The translations under genes were made by a program, and so were the position numbers. The notes below the pieces were generated by a model, which saw nothing but the letters and a program-made list of their open reading frames with translations, ran no database searches and was not told the DNA's origin. A stretch of 64,000 nucleotides of DNA from Vicinamibacteria bacterium (GTDB taxonomy: Bacteria; Acidobacteriota; Vicinamibacteria; Marinacidobacterales; Marinacidobacteraceae). The stretch spans positions 2,488,887 through 2,552,886 of the forward strand of contig OY729431.1 of NCBI GenBank assembly GCA_963422395.1, written 5' to 3'. Shown here piece after piece: positions 20,161-28,065 of this stretch. How positions within the stretch are numbered: the first letter of the stretch is position 1; the number at the start of each line of letters is the position of its first letter.

Positions 20161-21561
20161 GAGGCCGGCAGCGAGGAAGGCCGCGGCGGCGGCGAATCCT
20201 CCCAGCAGCGCGTAAGGCAGCTGGGTATTCACATGGTCCACCAGGTCGGAGCCCGAGGCCATCGAAGCGATGATCGTGGTATCGGAGATGGGCGAACAGT
20301 GGTCACCGAAGATGCCGCCGGAGAGCACCGCGCCGGTGACCAGCGAAATGTCGAGCCCGAGTGTCGAAACCGCCGGGATCGCCAGCGGCAGCATGATAGC
20401 GAAGGTGCCCCAGGAGGTCCCCGTCGAGAAGGCCGTCGCCGCGCTCACCGCGAAGAGGACCGCCGGCAGGAGCCAGGCGGGCATCGCCGCTCCCGCGAGT
20501 TCCGCGAGATAGACCCCGGCGCCGAGGTCCCGCGCCACCCCGGAGATCGCGAAGGCGAGCAGCAGCACCGTGACCACCGGCACCATTCCGGAAGCTCCCT
20601 GCACCACCAGGTCCACGCTCTCGGAAAGCCGCAGCACCCGCTGGAAGAGCCCGAGCAGGGCGGCGGCCGCGACGGCGGCGAGAACCGCCCAGAGCACGGA
20701 AACGCCCCCGTCCCCGGCGAGCAGGTCCCCTTCCCCGGTGATCCAGAGCCCGAGGAAGATCATCGCGAGCAGGATCGCCAGCGGAACGACCAGGTTTCGC
20801 GCCCGATGGGGAACGCCAGGTCCGGGGGGCAGTGCGAGCACTTCGGTGGAAACCAGCGGGCGGGCGCCTTTCCGGAGGACCTGGCCGGTCTCCCGCGCCC
20901 GCCGCTGGGCGCGCGCCATCGGGCCGAAGTCCCGCCCCGAGAGGCCGAAGACGAAGGCCAGCGCGAGCGCGGCGAGTGCGTAGAAATTGAACGGGATGCT
21001 GCTCACCAGCACTGAAACGCCGCGTTCGACTCCGAGCGTCCCCAGGACGCCGATCACGAGCGCTCCCCAGCCGTTCATCGGGATCAGGATGCAAACCGGC
21101 GCCGAGGTGGAGTCGGTGAGATAGGCCAGCTTCTCCCGCGAGAGGCGGAAGCGGTCGAACAGGGGCCGCGACACCGTGCCGCTGACCAGGCAGGTGATGC
21201 TCGATTCGACGAAGATGCCCAGTCCGAGCAGCAGGGCGAGCGCCTGGGCGCCCCGCGGCCCGCTGACCAGCCGGCGCGAGGTGACCCAATGGACGAAGCC
21301 GGTGATCCCGCCGGTGCGTCCGACGAGCGCCAGCACTGCACCGACCAGGGTGCTGAAAAGCAGGATGGACGGATTTTCGGAAAATGCGGTGGTGATCCGG
21401 GTCACGGTGGCGGCCAGCGCCGAGAAGGGATTCCCGCCAACGAGGAGCAGCTCGCCGAACACCACCCCGGCCAGCAGCGCCAGCACCGCCTGCCTCGTTG
21501 TCAGGGCGACGAGAATCGCGAGGATCGGGGGAAGGATGCTGAGGAAGCCGAGGTCGTCCAC
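20143..21561 (-). CDS. Na+/H+ antiporter NhaC-family membrane transporter.
   Basis: 472 aa, polytopic, with NhaC-like repeated hairpin regions. Its last six codons (LLAACG*) lie inside the IS terminal repeat. Confidence 0.8.
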   Translation of the reverse strand: MDDLGFLSILPPILAILVALTTRQAVLALLAGVVFGELLLVGGNPFSALAATVTRITTAFSENPSILLFSTLVGAVLALVGRTGGITGFVHWVTSRRLVSGPRGAQALALLLGLGIFVESSITCLVSGTVSRPLFDRFRLSREKLAYLTDSTSAPVCILIPMNGWGALVIGVLGTLGVERGVSVLVSSIPFNFYALAALALAFVFGLSGRDFGPMARAQRRARETGQVLRKGARPLVSTEVLALPPGPGVPHRARNLVVPLAILLAMIFLGLWITGEGDLLAGDGGVSVLWAVLAAVAAAALLGLFQRVLRLSESVDLVVQGASGMVPVVTVLLLAFAISGVARDLGAGVYLAELAGAAMPAWLLPAVLFAVSAATAFSTGTSWGTFAIMLPLAIPAVSTLGLDISLVTGAVLSGGIFGDHCSPISDTTIIASMASGSDLVDHVNTQLPYALLGGFAAAAAFLAAGLLAACG

Positions 21562-21808
21562 GAGTGGGGAACTCCTTTTCGAGTCTGGTTGGCGGAGTCA
21601 GCCTCTCGTTCGGGTACGGCTGAGAGAGGAATCCGCGCTACGGCCCGCACCGAGCGGCCGAGCGTCGGCGGGCCGCCTGCCCACCTTCACGGAGGCGGGG
21701 CGTTGTCCGCGGGCGGCAATCGTTGCATGGCGGCGACGGTACACTCTCCCGCGGATCGGAACCGCCTCCTTCGGGCGGCGCTTCCGGACGATTCGGCGAC
21801 GGAGATCC

Positions 21809-23302
21809 TTGGAAGAACGAAACAAGACGCTACGGCCGGGGAGGGACCGGGGGGCTTCCGACACCGAGCCTGTCCGGCGGTCCGATCGGCAGGCAGGTAG
21901 GCAGCCCGCCGGTGAAGCGAGATCGCCGGAGTCGCGCCGGGACTCGAAACGGCAGGCGAGCCGGGAACGCGCCGGAGGACGAGGACCACACCCCACCGGA
22001 CCGTCTCCGGCTGAGATCGACGGGGTACGCATCGTTCGGGATGCGGCCGGGCTCGAGACGCTCATCGGCGAGGTGCGTGCTCAGGGGGAGTTCGCCCTCG
22101 ACACCGAGTTCATCCCGGAGAATCGCCTCTTCCCTGAACTCGGGCTGGTCCAGATCGCTTCGCCAGGGGTGGAAGCGGTCGTGGACCCACTCGAAATCGA
22201 GGATCTGGGTCCGCTCTTCGCGCTGGTCGCAGATCCCGCGATCCAGAAAGTCGTCCATTCGGGCAAGCACGACTTCGACATCTTCTACGCGCTGGCTTCG
22301 GTCGTGCCGCAGAATGTCTTCGACACCCAGATCGCCGCCGCGGTGATCGGCCACGGCAAGAAGGTGCAGGTTGCGCTCCGGACGCTGGTCGCGGGTTTCG
22401 TGGGCCGCGAGCTCTCGAAACAGGAGCAGATGTCCAACTGGCTGCGGCGTCCGCTGACGCCCCGCCAAGTGGAGTACGCGATCGCCGATGTCCGCTATCT
22501 CCTGCCGCTTCGGGCCAAGCTCATCGCGCGGGCGACCGCGCTCGGCCGACAGGACTGGTTGGACGAGGAGATGAAGCCGCTGACTATCGAGTCCGCTTAC
22601 CAGCTGCCGCCGGTCGAGGAGTGTTACCGCGCCCTCGACGCGCCCGGCCTCACGCCCTCGCAGCGCGGTTCGCTCCGAGAACTGGCCGCTTGGAGAGAAC
22701 GGCGCGCCCGGGCTTCCAACCGACCCCGCGGTTGGATCCTCAAGGACGGAGCGGTCCGCGACCTGGCGCGCCGCCAGCCACGGAACCGGGAACAGCTGTT
22801 GGCACCCTACGAATCCACCGGCGGCCGGCCGCCGAAGGGAGACCCGAGAACCGTCCAGCAGACGCGCGGGGCTCTGCAAAAGAACGCCGAAAAGGTACTC
22901 CGCCTGCTCGAAGCCGGCGCTTCTTGCCCGATTCCCTTCACCGGAACCGGGAAACAGGAGCGCCGCTCCGCTCCCGAGTCGCTGGCCCTGTTGCTGGAGA
23001 CCTGGCTCAAGCTGCGCGCCGCCGAGCACGGAGTCGCCCCCGAACTGCTGGCCACCCAGGAGGAGTTGCGCGCCATCGCTGCCGCCTGGCCGGAAGAGCC
23101 TCCCAGTGCGCGGCCGCTCACCGGATACCGCCGCCGTGTCCTGGGCAACGACTTGCTCCTCATTCTCTCCGGACAGGCGGTCATCCAGGTGGGCGCCAAG
23201 GGGAAACAGCCCGGCGAGCGGCCTCCGATCCGGCTCGCGCGTCTCGGCCGCCTCGGCCGGTTCGTCCTCCGGGACTACGGCAAAGGGAATGGGCCCCGAT
23301 GA
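21809..23302 (+). CDS. rnd: Ribonuclease D (3'-5' exonuclease with HRDC domains).
   Basis: The DEDDy exonuclease motifs FALDTEF, HSGKHDFDIF and YAIADVRYLL are present, with HRDC-like C-terminal repeats. There is no canonical start near the domain. The TTG at 21809 is preceded by GGAG and is proposed, leaving a low-complexity N-terminus. Confidence 0.75.
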   Translation: MEERNKTLRPGRDRGASDTEPVRRSDRQAGRQPAGEARSPESRRDSKRQASRERAGGRGPHPTGPSPAEIDGVRIVRDAAGLETLIGEVRAQGEFALDTEFIPENRLFPELGLVQIASPGVEAVVDPLEIEDLGPLFALVADPAIQKVVHSGKHDFDIFYALASVVPQNVFDTQIAAAVIGHGKKVQVALRTLVAGFVGRELSKQEQMSNWLRRPLTPRQVEYAIADVRYLLPLRAKLIARATALGRQDWLDEEMKPLTIESAYQLPPVEECYRALDAPGLTPSQRGSLRELAAWRERRARASNRPRGWILKDGAVRDLARRQPRNREQLLAPYESTGGRPPKGDPRTVQQTRGALQKNAEKVLRLLEAGASCPIPFTGTGKQERRSAPESLALLLETWLKLRAAEHGVAPELLATQEELRAIAAAWPEEPPSARPLTGYRRRVLGNDLLLILSGQAVIQVGAKGKQPGERPPIRLARLGRLGRFVLRDYGKGNGPR

Positions 23303-23333
23303 ACGAGCTGTCCCCGATCCTCGCACCGGCCCT

Positions 23334-23530
23334 AGCAGCCTGTGGACGAAGTCACACGGCCAAAGGTCGGCGATGCCCAGTCCTCCCGGTGGGGGCCCCG
23401 GCTGAACCGCTTCGCTCGGCGCTGCGATTCCGTCGGAATACACCCGGTATGCCTCCCGAATCGCGCCTTGTCCGCCGGGCGCCTCCCCGACCTTGGGGCT
23501 CGCGCCACTTCATCCACAGACTGCTAGTCC
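23334..23530. mobile_element. MITE (~197 bp) with 21-bp terminal inverted repeats CTAGCAGCCTGTGGACGAAGT / CTAGCAGTCTGTGGATGAAGT.
   Basis: Near-perfect terminal inverted repeats and no coding capacity. The internal sequence matches the right end of the IS remnant at 20090..20160. It sits 31 nt after the rnd stop and 59 nt before the DAACS transporter start. Confidence 0.6.
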
Positions 23531-23588
23531 ATGCTCTCGCCGCTGTCGACCGCAGAACGGCGAAGCCTCTTCCCGCTCCGCTTTCATC

Positions 23589-24893
23589 ATGAAGAACACT
23601 CCCTGGTACCGCAAGCTGTGGGTGCAGATCCTCGCGGGTCTCGCCCTGGGCGTCGTGTACGGCGCCTTCGCCGCCGCCGCCGGCTGGACGGAGTTCACCG
23701 AGGACTTCATCGCGCCGTTCGGGGTGGTTTTCTTCAACGGCCTGCAGCTGATCGCGGTGCCGCTCGTTCTCGCCTCGCTCATCATCGGGGTGTCCTCGCT
23801 CAGCGACATGCGCAAGGTGAGCCGGATCGGCGGAAAGACGATCGCCATCTATGTGGCGACCACCGCGATCTCGGTCACCATCGGCCTCGCCTACGCCAAT
23901 CTGCTGCGGCCCGGCGACCAGGTGCCGGAAGCGCTCCAGCAGGAACTCTCCGAACAGTACCGGGAGGCCGCGGAGGGGCGGGAGGGCCAGGCGGCCCGCC
24001 TGATGGAAGAGCGCGGTCCGCTCAGCTTCCTACTCGACATCGTGCCCTCGAACGCGGTGTCTTCGGCCTCGAACAACCGGAACATGCTCCAGGTTGTGTT
24101 CCTGGCGCTGCTGTTCGGCATCGCGCTGCTCCGGATCCCGCAGGAGAAGGCAGCGCCGCTGATCGGCTTCTTCAAGGGACTCGAAGCGGTCGTCGTCGAA
24201 TTCGTCGGAATCGTGATGCGGATGGCGCCGCTCGGAGTGTTCGCGCTCATCGCCCGCGCCATCACCGGGATGGCCGGAGACGACCCGCAGCAGGTCGCGC
24301 AACTGCTCGGCGCGCTCGGGTTCTACTGCTTCGTGGTGATCGCCGGACTCGCGACCCAGATGCTGGTCGTCTATCCGCTGATCCTGAAGCTCTTCACTCC
24401 GATCCGTTGGCGGCGCTTCTTCCCCGCGGCCGGCCAGGTGCAGCTGGTCGCGTTCTCGACGAGTTCCAGCGGCGCCACTCTCCCGGTGACGATGGATCGC
24501 GCCCAGCGCGATCTGGGAGTGTCCGAGGAGGTTTCGTCGTTCGTCCTTCCGCTCGGAGCCACGATCAACATGGACGGCACCGCGCTCTACCAGGCGGCGG
24601 CGGCGATCTTCATCGCGCAGTCTCTCGGAATGTCCATCGGTCTCGAGGGGCAGCTGGCCATCGTGCTCACCGCGGTGCTCGTCTCGATCGGGACGGCGGC
24701 GGTCCCGGGCGCGGGGATCATCATGCTGGTCATCATCCTGCAGGCCATCGGAGTGCCCACCGAGGGGGTGGCGCTCATCCTCGGAGTGGACCGCATCCTC
24801 GACATGATGCGGACCGCTACGAATGTCACCGGTGACCTGACGGTCGCTTCGGTGGTCGCCGCCTCGGAAAACCAGCTCTCGATCCGGAAGTGA
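23589..24893 (+). CDS. Dicarboxylate/amino acid:cation symporter (DAACS family, GltP/GltT-like).
   Basis: MKNTPWYRKLWVQILAGLALGVVYG. Conserved DAACS hairpin motifs are present. Confidence 0.9.
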   Translation: MKNTPWYRKLWVQILAGLALGVVYGAFAAAAGWTEFTEDFIAPFGVVFFNGLQLIAVPLVLASLIIGVSSLSDMRKVSRIGGKTIAIYVATTAISVTIGLAYANLLRPGDQVPEALQQELSEQYREAAEGREGQAARLMEERGPLSFLLDIVPSNAVSSASNNRNMLQVVFLALLFGIALLRIPQEKAAPLIGFFKGLEAVVVEFVGIVMRMAPLGVFALIARAITGMAGDDPQQVAQLLGALGFYCFVVIAGLATQMLVVYPLILKLFTPIRWRRFFPAAGQVQLVAFSTSSSGATLPVTMDRAQRDLGVSEEVSSFVLPLGATINMDGTALYQAAAAIFIAQSLGMSIGLEGQLAIVLTAVLVSIGTAAVPGAGIIMLVIILQAIGVPTEGVALILGVDRILDMMRTATNVTGDLTVASVVAASENQLSIRK

Positions 24894-24976
24894 GAAGCGG
24901 GAGGGTGGTTTGACCGCTATCGCTCTTCATCTCTCTCGAAGGGCCCCTCTGTCTGGTATAGCCTTGCCCGAGTCGC

Positions 24977-25451
24977 ATGTCCGCTACCAACTTCAACACC
25001 CGCAACGACACTTGGCGCAAACTGATGGCGAACGGCTTGAGTTACCGGGTGCCGAGGTTCCATAAGGGACTACAACTGGGGCCCGGAAGAGTGGGAGGAT
25101 CTCTGGCAGGACATCCTCGCCACCGTCGCACCGGGAGGCGAACCGGCTCATTACTTGGGCTACCTGGTTCTGCGCACCGACGACGAGAAACGCTTCGACG
25201 TCATTGACGGTCAGCAGCGCCTGACCACTCTCAGCATCCTGGTGCTGGCCGGGCTGCGCAGGCTCCGAGACACGATCGAAGCAGAGGAATCAGTCGAGGA
25301 GACGAAAAAGCGCCTCGATGGATTGCGCGGAGCGCACATCGGTTATATGGATCCGGTAACTCTGGTATCGGAAGCGAAACTGAAGCTGAATCGAAACAAC
25401 GACCACTACTTCCAGACCTACCTGATACCTCTGGTTAAACCTTTGCCCCCG
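24977..25451 (+). pseudogene. DUF262 (GmrSD-like, DGQQR ParB-like nuclease N-terminal domain) gene remnant, frameshifted and 3'-truncated.
   Basis: MSATNFNTRNDTWRKLMANGLSYRVPRF, then a 1-nt frameshift near 25061..25066, then DYNWGPEEWEDLWQDILATVAPGGEPAHYLGYLVLRTDDEKRFDVIDGQQRLTTLSILVLAG. These are the DUF262 hallmarks. The ORF ends abruptly where the IS-end fragment begins at about 25452, with the expected downstream domain absent. Confidence 0.6.
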
Positions 25452-25659
25452 CGATGACTGCAGGGGCGCGCGGCGGCGGTCGGCGCCGCGCTTTTCGCCT
25501 ACCGGAGCCGGGAAACGCCCGCCTGGGCCTGGATAGCGCCCTGTCGGGCGGTTTTCCCGCGCAGACCGCGCCCGCACGCCGTACTGCGCCGATCACGGCA
25601 CCCCCTCCGGGGCCGCTGATCCTCACCGATTACAGCAGTTTTTCCACAGGCTGCTAACC
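25452..25659. mobile_element. Truncated IS-end fragment, inverted relative to 19297..19505.
   Basis: About 90% identical to the left ~205 bp of the IS remnant, including the terminus ...cacaggctgctaa at 25659. The homology stops at about 25452. Confidence 0.55.
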
Positions 25660-25687
25660 TGAGGCGGACGTACACTCCGCCCTCGCC

Positions 25688-26563
25688 ATGCCCGAAAACA
25701 CCCTGCTCGACACTCTGGCAGAGGAGGCCCGGCCCCTGATCTCCGGAGAAGACGGCGAGGGCCCCGAACTCGTCCCCCTCGACCCGGAGCACCCGGGATT
25801 CCGCGACCCGGCCTACCGCGCGCGCCGGAATGCCATCGCCCGCCTCGCCTTCGGCCACACACCGGGGGATCCGGCCCCAACGGTCGCCTACACCGACGAA
25901 GAGCACGGCGTCTGGCGGCAGGTGCGGGAGCTGCTCGACCCGCGGCACCGCGTCTCCGCCAATTCCGAATACCTCGAGTGCGCGGCCGCGGCGGCGCTCG
26001 ATCCGGAGCGGATTCCACAACTCGAAGAAGTGAACGCGCGCATCCGTGCGATCAGTGGATTCCGGATGCAGCCGGTGGCGGGGCTGGTCACTGCGCGCGC
26101 TTTCCTCTCGTGCCTGGCGGACCGCATATTCCTCGCCACCCAGTACATCCGCCACCCGAGCCGTCCGCTCTATACCCCGGAGCCCGATGTCATCCACGAA
26201 CTCGTGGGGCACGCCGCATCGTTCGCCCATCCGGCGTATTCCGAGTTGAGCGCACACTTCGGCCGCGCCGCGCGGGCGGCGGACGAGGAGGAGGTCGAGC
26301 GGATCGCCCGGCTCTACTGGTTCACCCTGGAGTTCGGAGCGGCTCTCGAAGACGGTACCCCCAAGGCCTACGGCGCCGGCCTCCTCTCCTCGGTCGGCGA
26401 ACTGGACCGACTCGCCGAGGTCGAGCTGCGCCGCTTCGACTGCCGAACGATGGCGGAGACCCCGTTCGACCCAACGGATTTCCAGCCGTTCTATTTCGTG
26501 GCACCGAGCTTCGCCGCCATGAAGGAGGGAGTCAGCGCATACCTGCGCCGTTACGCCGACTGA
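25688..26563 (+). CDS. phhA: Phenylalanine-4-hydroxylase (biopterin-dependent aromatic amino acid hydroxylase).
   Basis: The iron-ligand region HELVGHA and EFGA motifs are present. The length (291 aa) and pattern match bacterial PhhA. Confidence 0.85.
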   Translation: MPENTLLDTLAEEARPLISGEDGEGPELVPLDPEHPGFRDPAYRARRNAIARLAFGHTPGDPAPTVAYTDEEHGVWRQVRELLDPRHRVSANSEYLECAAAAALDPERIPQLEEVNARIRAISGFRMQPVAGLVTARAFLSCLADRIFLATQYIRHPSRPLYTPEPDVIHELVGHAASFAHPAYSELSAHFGRAARAADEEEVERIARLYWFTLEFGAALEDGTPKAYGAGLLSSVGELDRLAEVELRRFDCRTMAETPFDPTDFQPFYFVAPSFAAMKEGVSAYLRRYAD

Positions 26564-26591
26564 CCGCTCGGGCGCGCCGCGCTCTTTTCCA

Positions 26592-27029
26592 TCACTCGCT
26601 ACCAGACCCTTTCGAGCGCGCAGCACGACCGACCCCGACTCCGACCCCGAGGGGGACGGAAGTCCAGAGTCCTAGTGCCAGAGGGAGACGAAGTCCCTCG
26701 ATCGGAAGGAGGAACGGGCCGTTCAGACGCCCGGTGAGGATCGCCGTGATCAGCCAGGCGCCGGCTCCGAATGTGATTCCGAGCCCGCCACCGAGAACGA
26801 GCCAGTCTCGAAACCTCGACTCGAAGAGAGTCCCCAGCCGAGTTCCGATGTGCACCCAAACCGGGAAGCCGAGCAGTATCCCGAAGGAAACGCCGAAACC
26901 CATCCGCAGCACATCCCACACGGACTCACGCTCTACGGCGACTCCCCACAGAACGAGCCCGATGAAGAAGCCCAACGCCAGGCTCACCCCTGGCCTCACG
27001 ACACTTGGCGCTACTTCGGTTACCGCCAT
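26592..27029 (-). CDS. Hypothetical 4-TM membrane protein, translationally coupled to the upstream Cys-rich protein gene.
   Basis: The start MAVTEV... overlaps the upstream stop (TGATG). It has four hydrophobic helices and Gly-rich turns. Local GC is low. Confidence 0.45.
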   Translation of the reverse strand: MAVTEVAPSVVRPGVSLALGFFIGLVLWGVAVERESVWDVLRMGFGVSFGILLGFPVWVHIGTRLGTLFESRFRDWLVLGGGLGITFGAGAWLITAILTGRLNGPFLLPIEGLRLPLALGLWTSVPLGVGVGVGRAARSKGSGSE

Positions 27030-27322
27030 CAGATCCAACAGGTAGAAAGGCAGTTGCTGAATCGATTCAGACATGCGTTCACTTCTTCGAGGTGTCTGTC
27101 GTAGCACTGTTCCAAGCAATTTTTCGCACCCCAGAACCCGCATTGGCGTGCACATGTCTCAAGGTCATCTTCCGCTGTCCGAAGGCAGTCGGAAAGATTA
27201 CCGCTGCACTCGGCCACACAGTCCTGCGGATTGGGTTGGGCACGACCGACAGCTGGAATTATGAGAAGAAGAAGAAGTCCGACATATGTGAGGGAGAATA
27301 GAAAAATTCGAAAAGTCTTCAT
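27029..27322 (-). CDS. Small secreted cysteine-rich protein (10 Cys, four CX3C motifs).
   Basis: An AGGAGA SD lies 8 nt before the ATG (MKTFRIF...). The signal peptide is MKTFRIFLFSLTYVGLLLLLIIPAVGRAQ. The mature ~69 aa contain CVAEC, CARQC, CLEQC and CLSTC plus two more Cys. Confidence 0.5.
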   Translation of the reverse strand: MKTFRIFLFSLTYVGLLLLLIIPAVGRAQPNPQDCVAECSGNLSDCLRTAEDDLETCARQCGFWGAKNCLEQCYDRHLEEVNACLNRFSNCLSTCWI

Positions 27323-27377
27323 GAGAGTTCTCCTGTTAGGCAGTTTCCGATGATCCATTTGGAAACAGCGGGAATCA

Positions 27378-27786
27378 CTATTCAGTCGAGAGCCGCTGCG
27401 ACAGCATCTCGAATCGTTTCACCTTCGCCTCCGTGAGGCTGGCAAGACGCGCCATCAGCTCAGCCAAATCCTCTTCTTGCATTCCACGCGTGCGAAGCAT
27501 CGACTCGATTTCGCGGAATCTGGTTTCATAGAGGGCTCTGAGGTCGATCTCGGCACTCCTTCTGCTCGGGACGAGGGGAGGACCTGGTCCATCGAAGGCA
27601 ACTGACGCTTCCGTAACCAGCGGCGCGTACGTCCGGGCAGTGGCCTCCGCCTGGCTCTGATCGACAGTCGCAATGGTTGGTGCCACGACCGAAGGGGTCG
27701 AGGTGTTTCCGGTACTGTCGCAACCGGAACCGACCGACAGCGCCGCGAAGATCGCAACGAGAAGGACGAGGGGGTTCTTTCGGAAC
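27378..27786 (-). CDS. Hypothetical lipoprotein with a C-terminal helical domain.
   Basis: Signal and lipobox MFRKNPLVLLVAIFAALSVGSGC. A Ser/Thr/Pro-rich linker is followed by a helical C-terminus. It is the first gene of the low-GC three-gene cassette. Confidence 0.5.
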
Positions 27787-28065
27787 ATGACGAGGGTCTC
27801 CTCTATGGAAAGTGTCAAGCCTTTGCTGATAGTTCGAGAAACCGGCCGAGTCGAGGACAACGGTTGCGAAGAATCACCCATCCTCGTGCGTCCTCGGTTG
27901 GGTCTCTACGAGTACCAACTGGTTTAGCGTGCCCCAATCCAATTTTCAACAGCAGATCCCCCGAAAATATCCTTCAGGCTCGGGATGGACCGGATCGCCG
28001 TATGGATTTGACTTTCGGTCTGGTTGTCGCAAGACTGCAGGTGAGGACCTCGAAGAAGGACGCGA

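Noticed and set aside
21727-21900. ATG-initiated ORF MAATVHSPADRNRLLRAALPDD... as a possible true N-terminus of RNase D.
   Set aside because: It is in a different frame from the DEDDy domain and terminates before it. It would require a frameshift for which there is no other support.
24909-24962. Possible sigma-70 promoter (TTGACC ... TATAGC) upstream of the DUF262 remnant.
   Set aside because: The spacing between the hexamers is about 42 bp, far from the 16-19 bp optimum.
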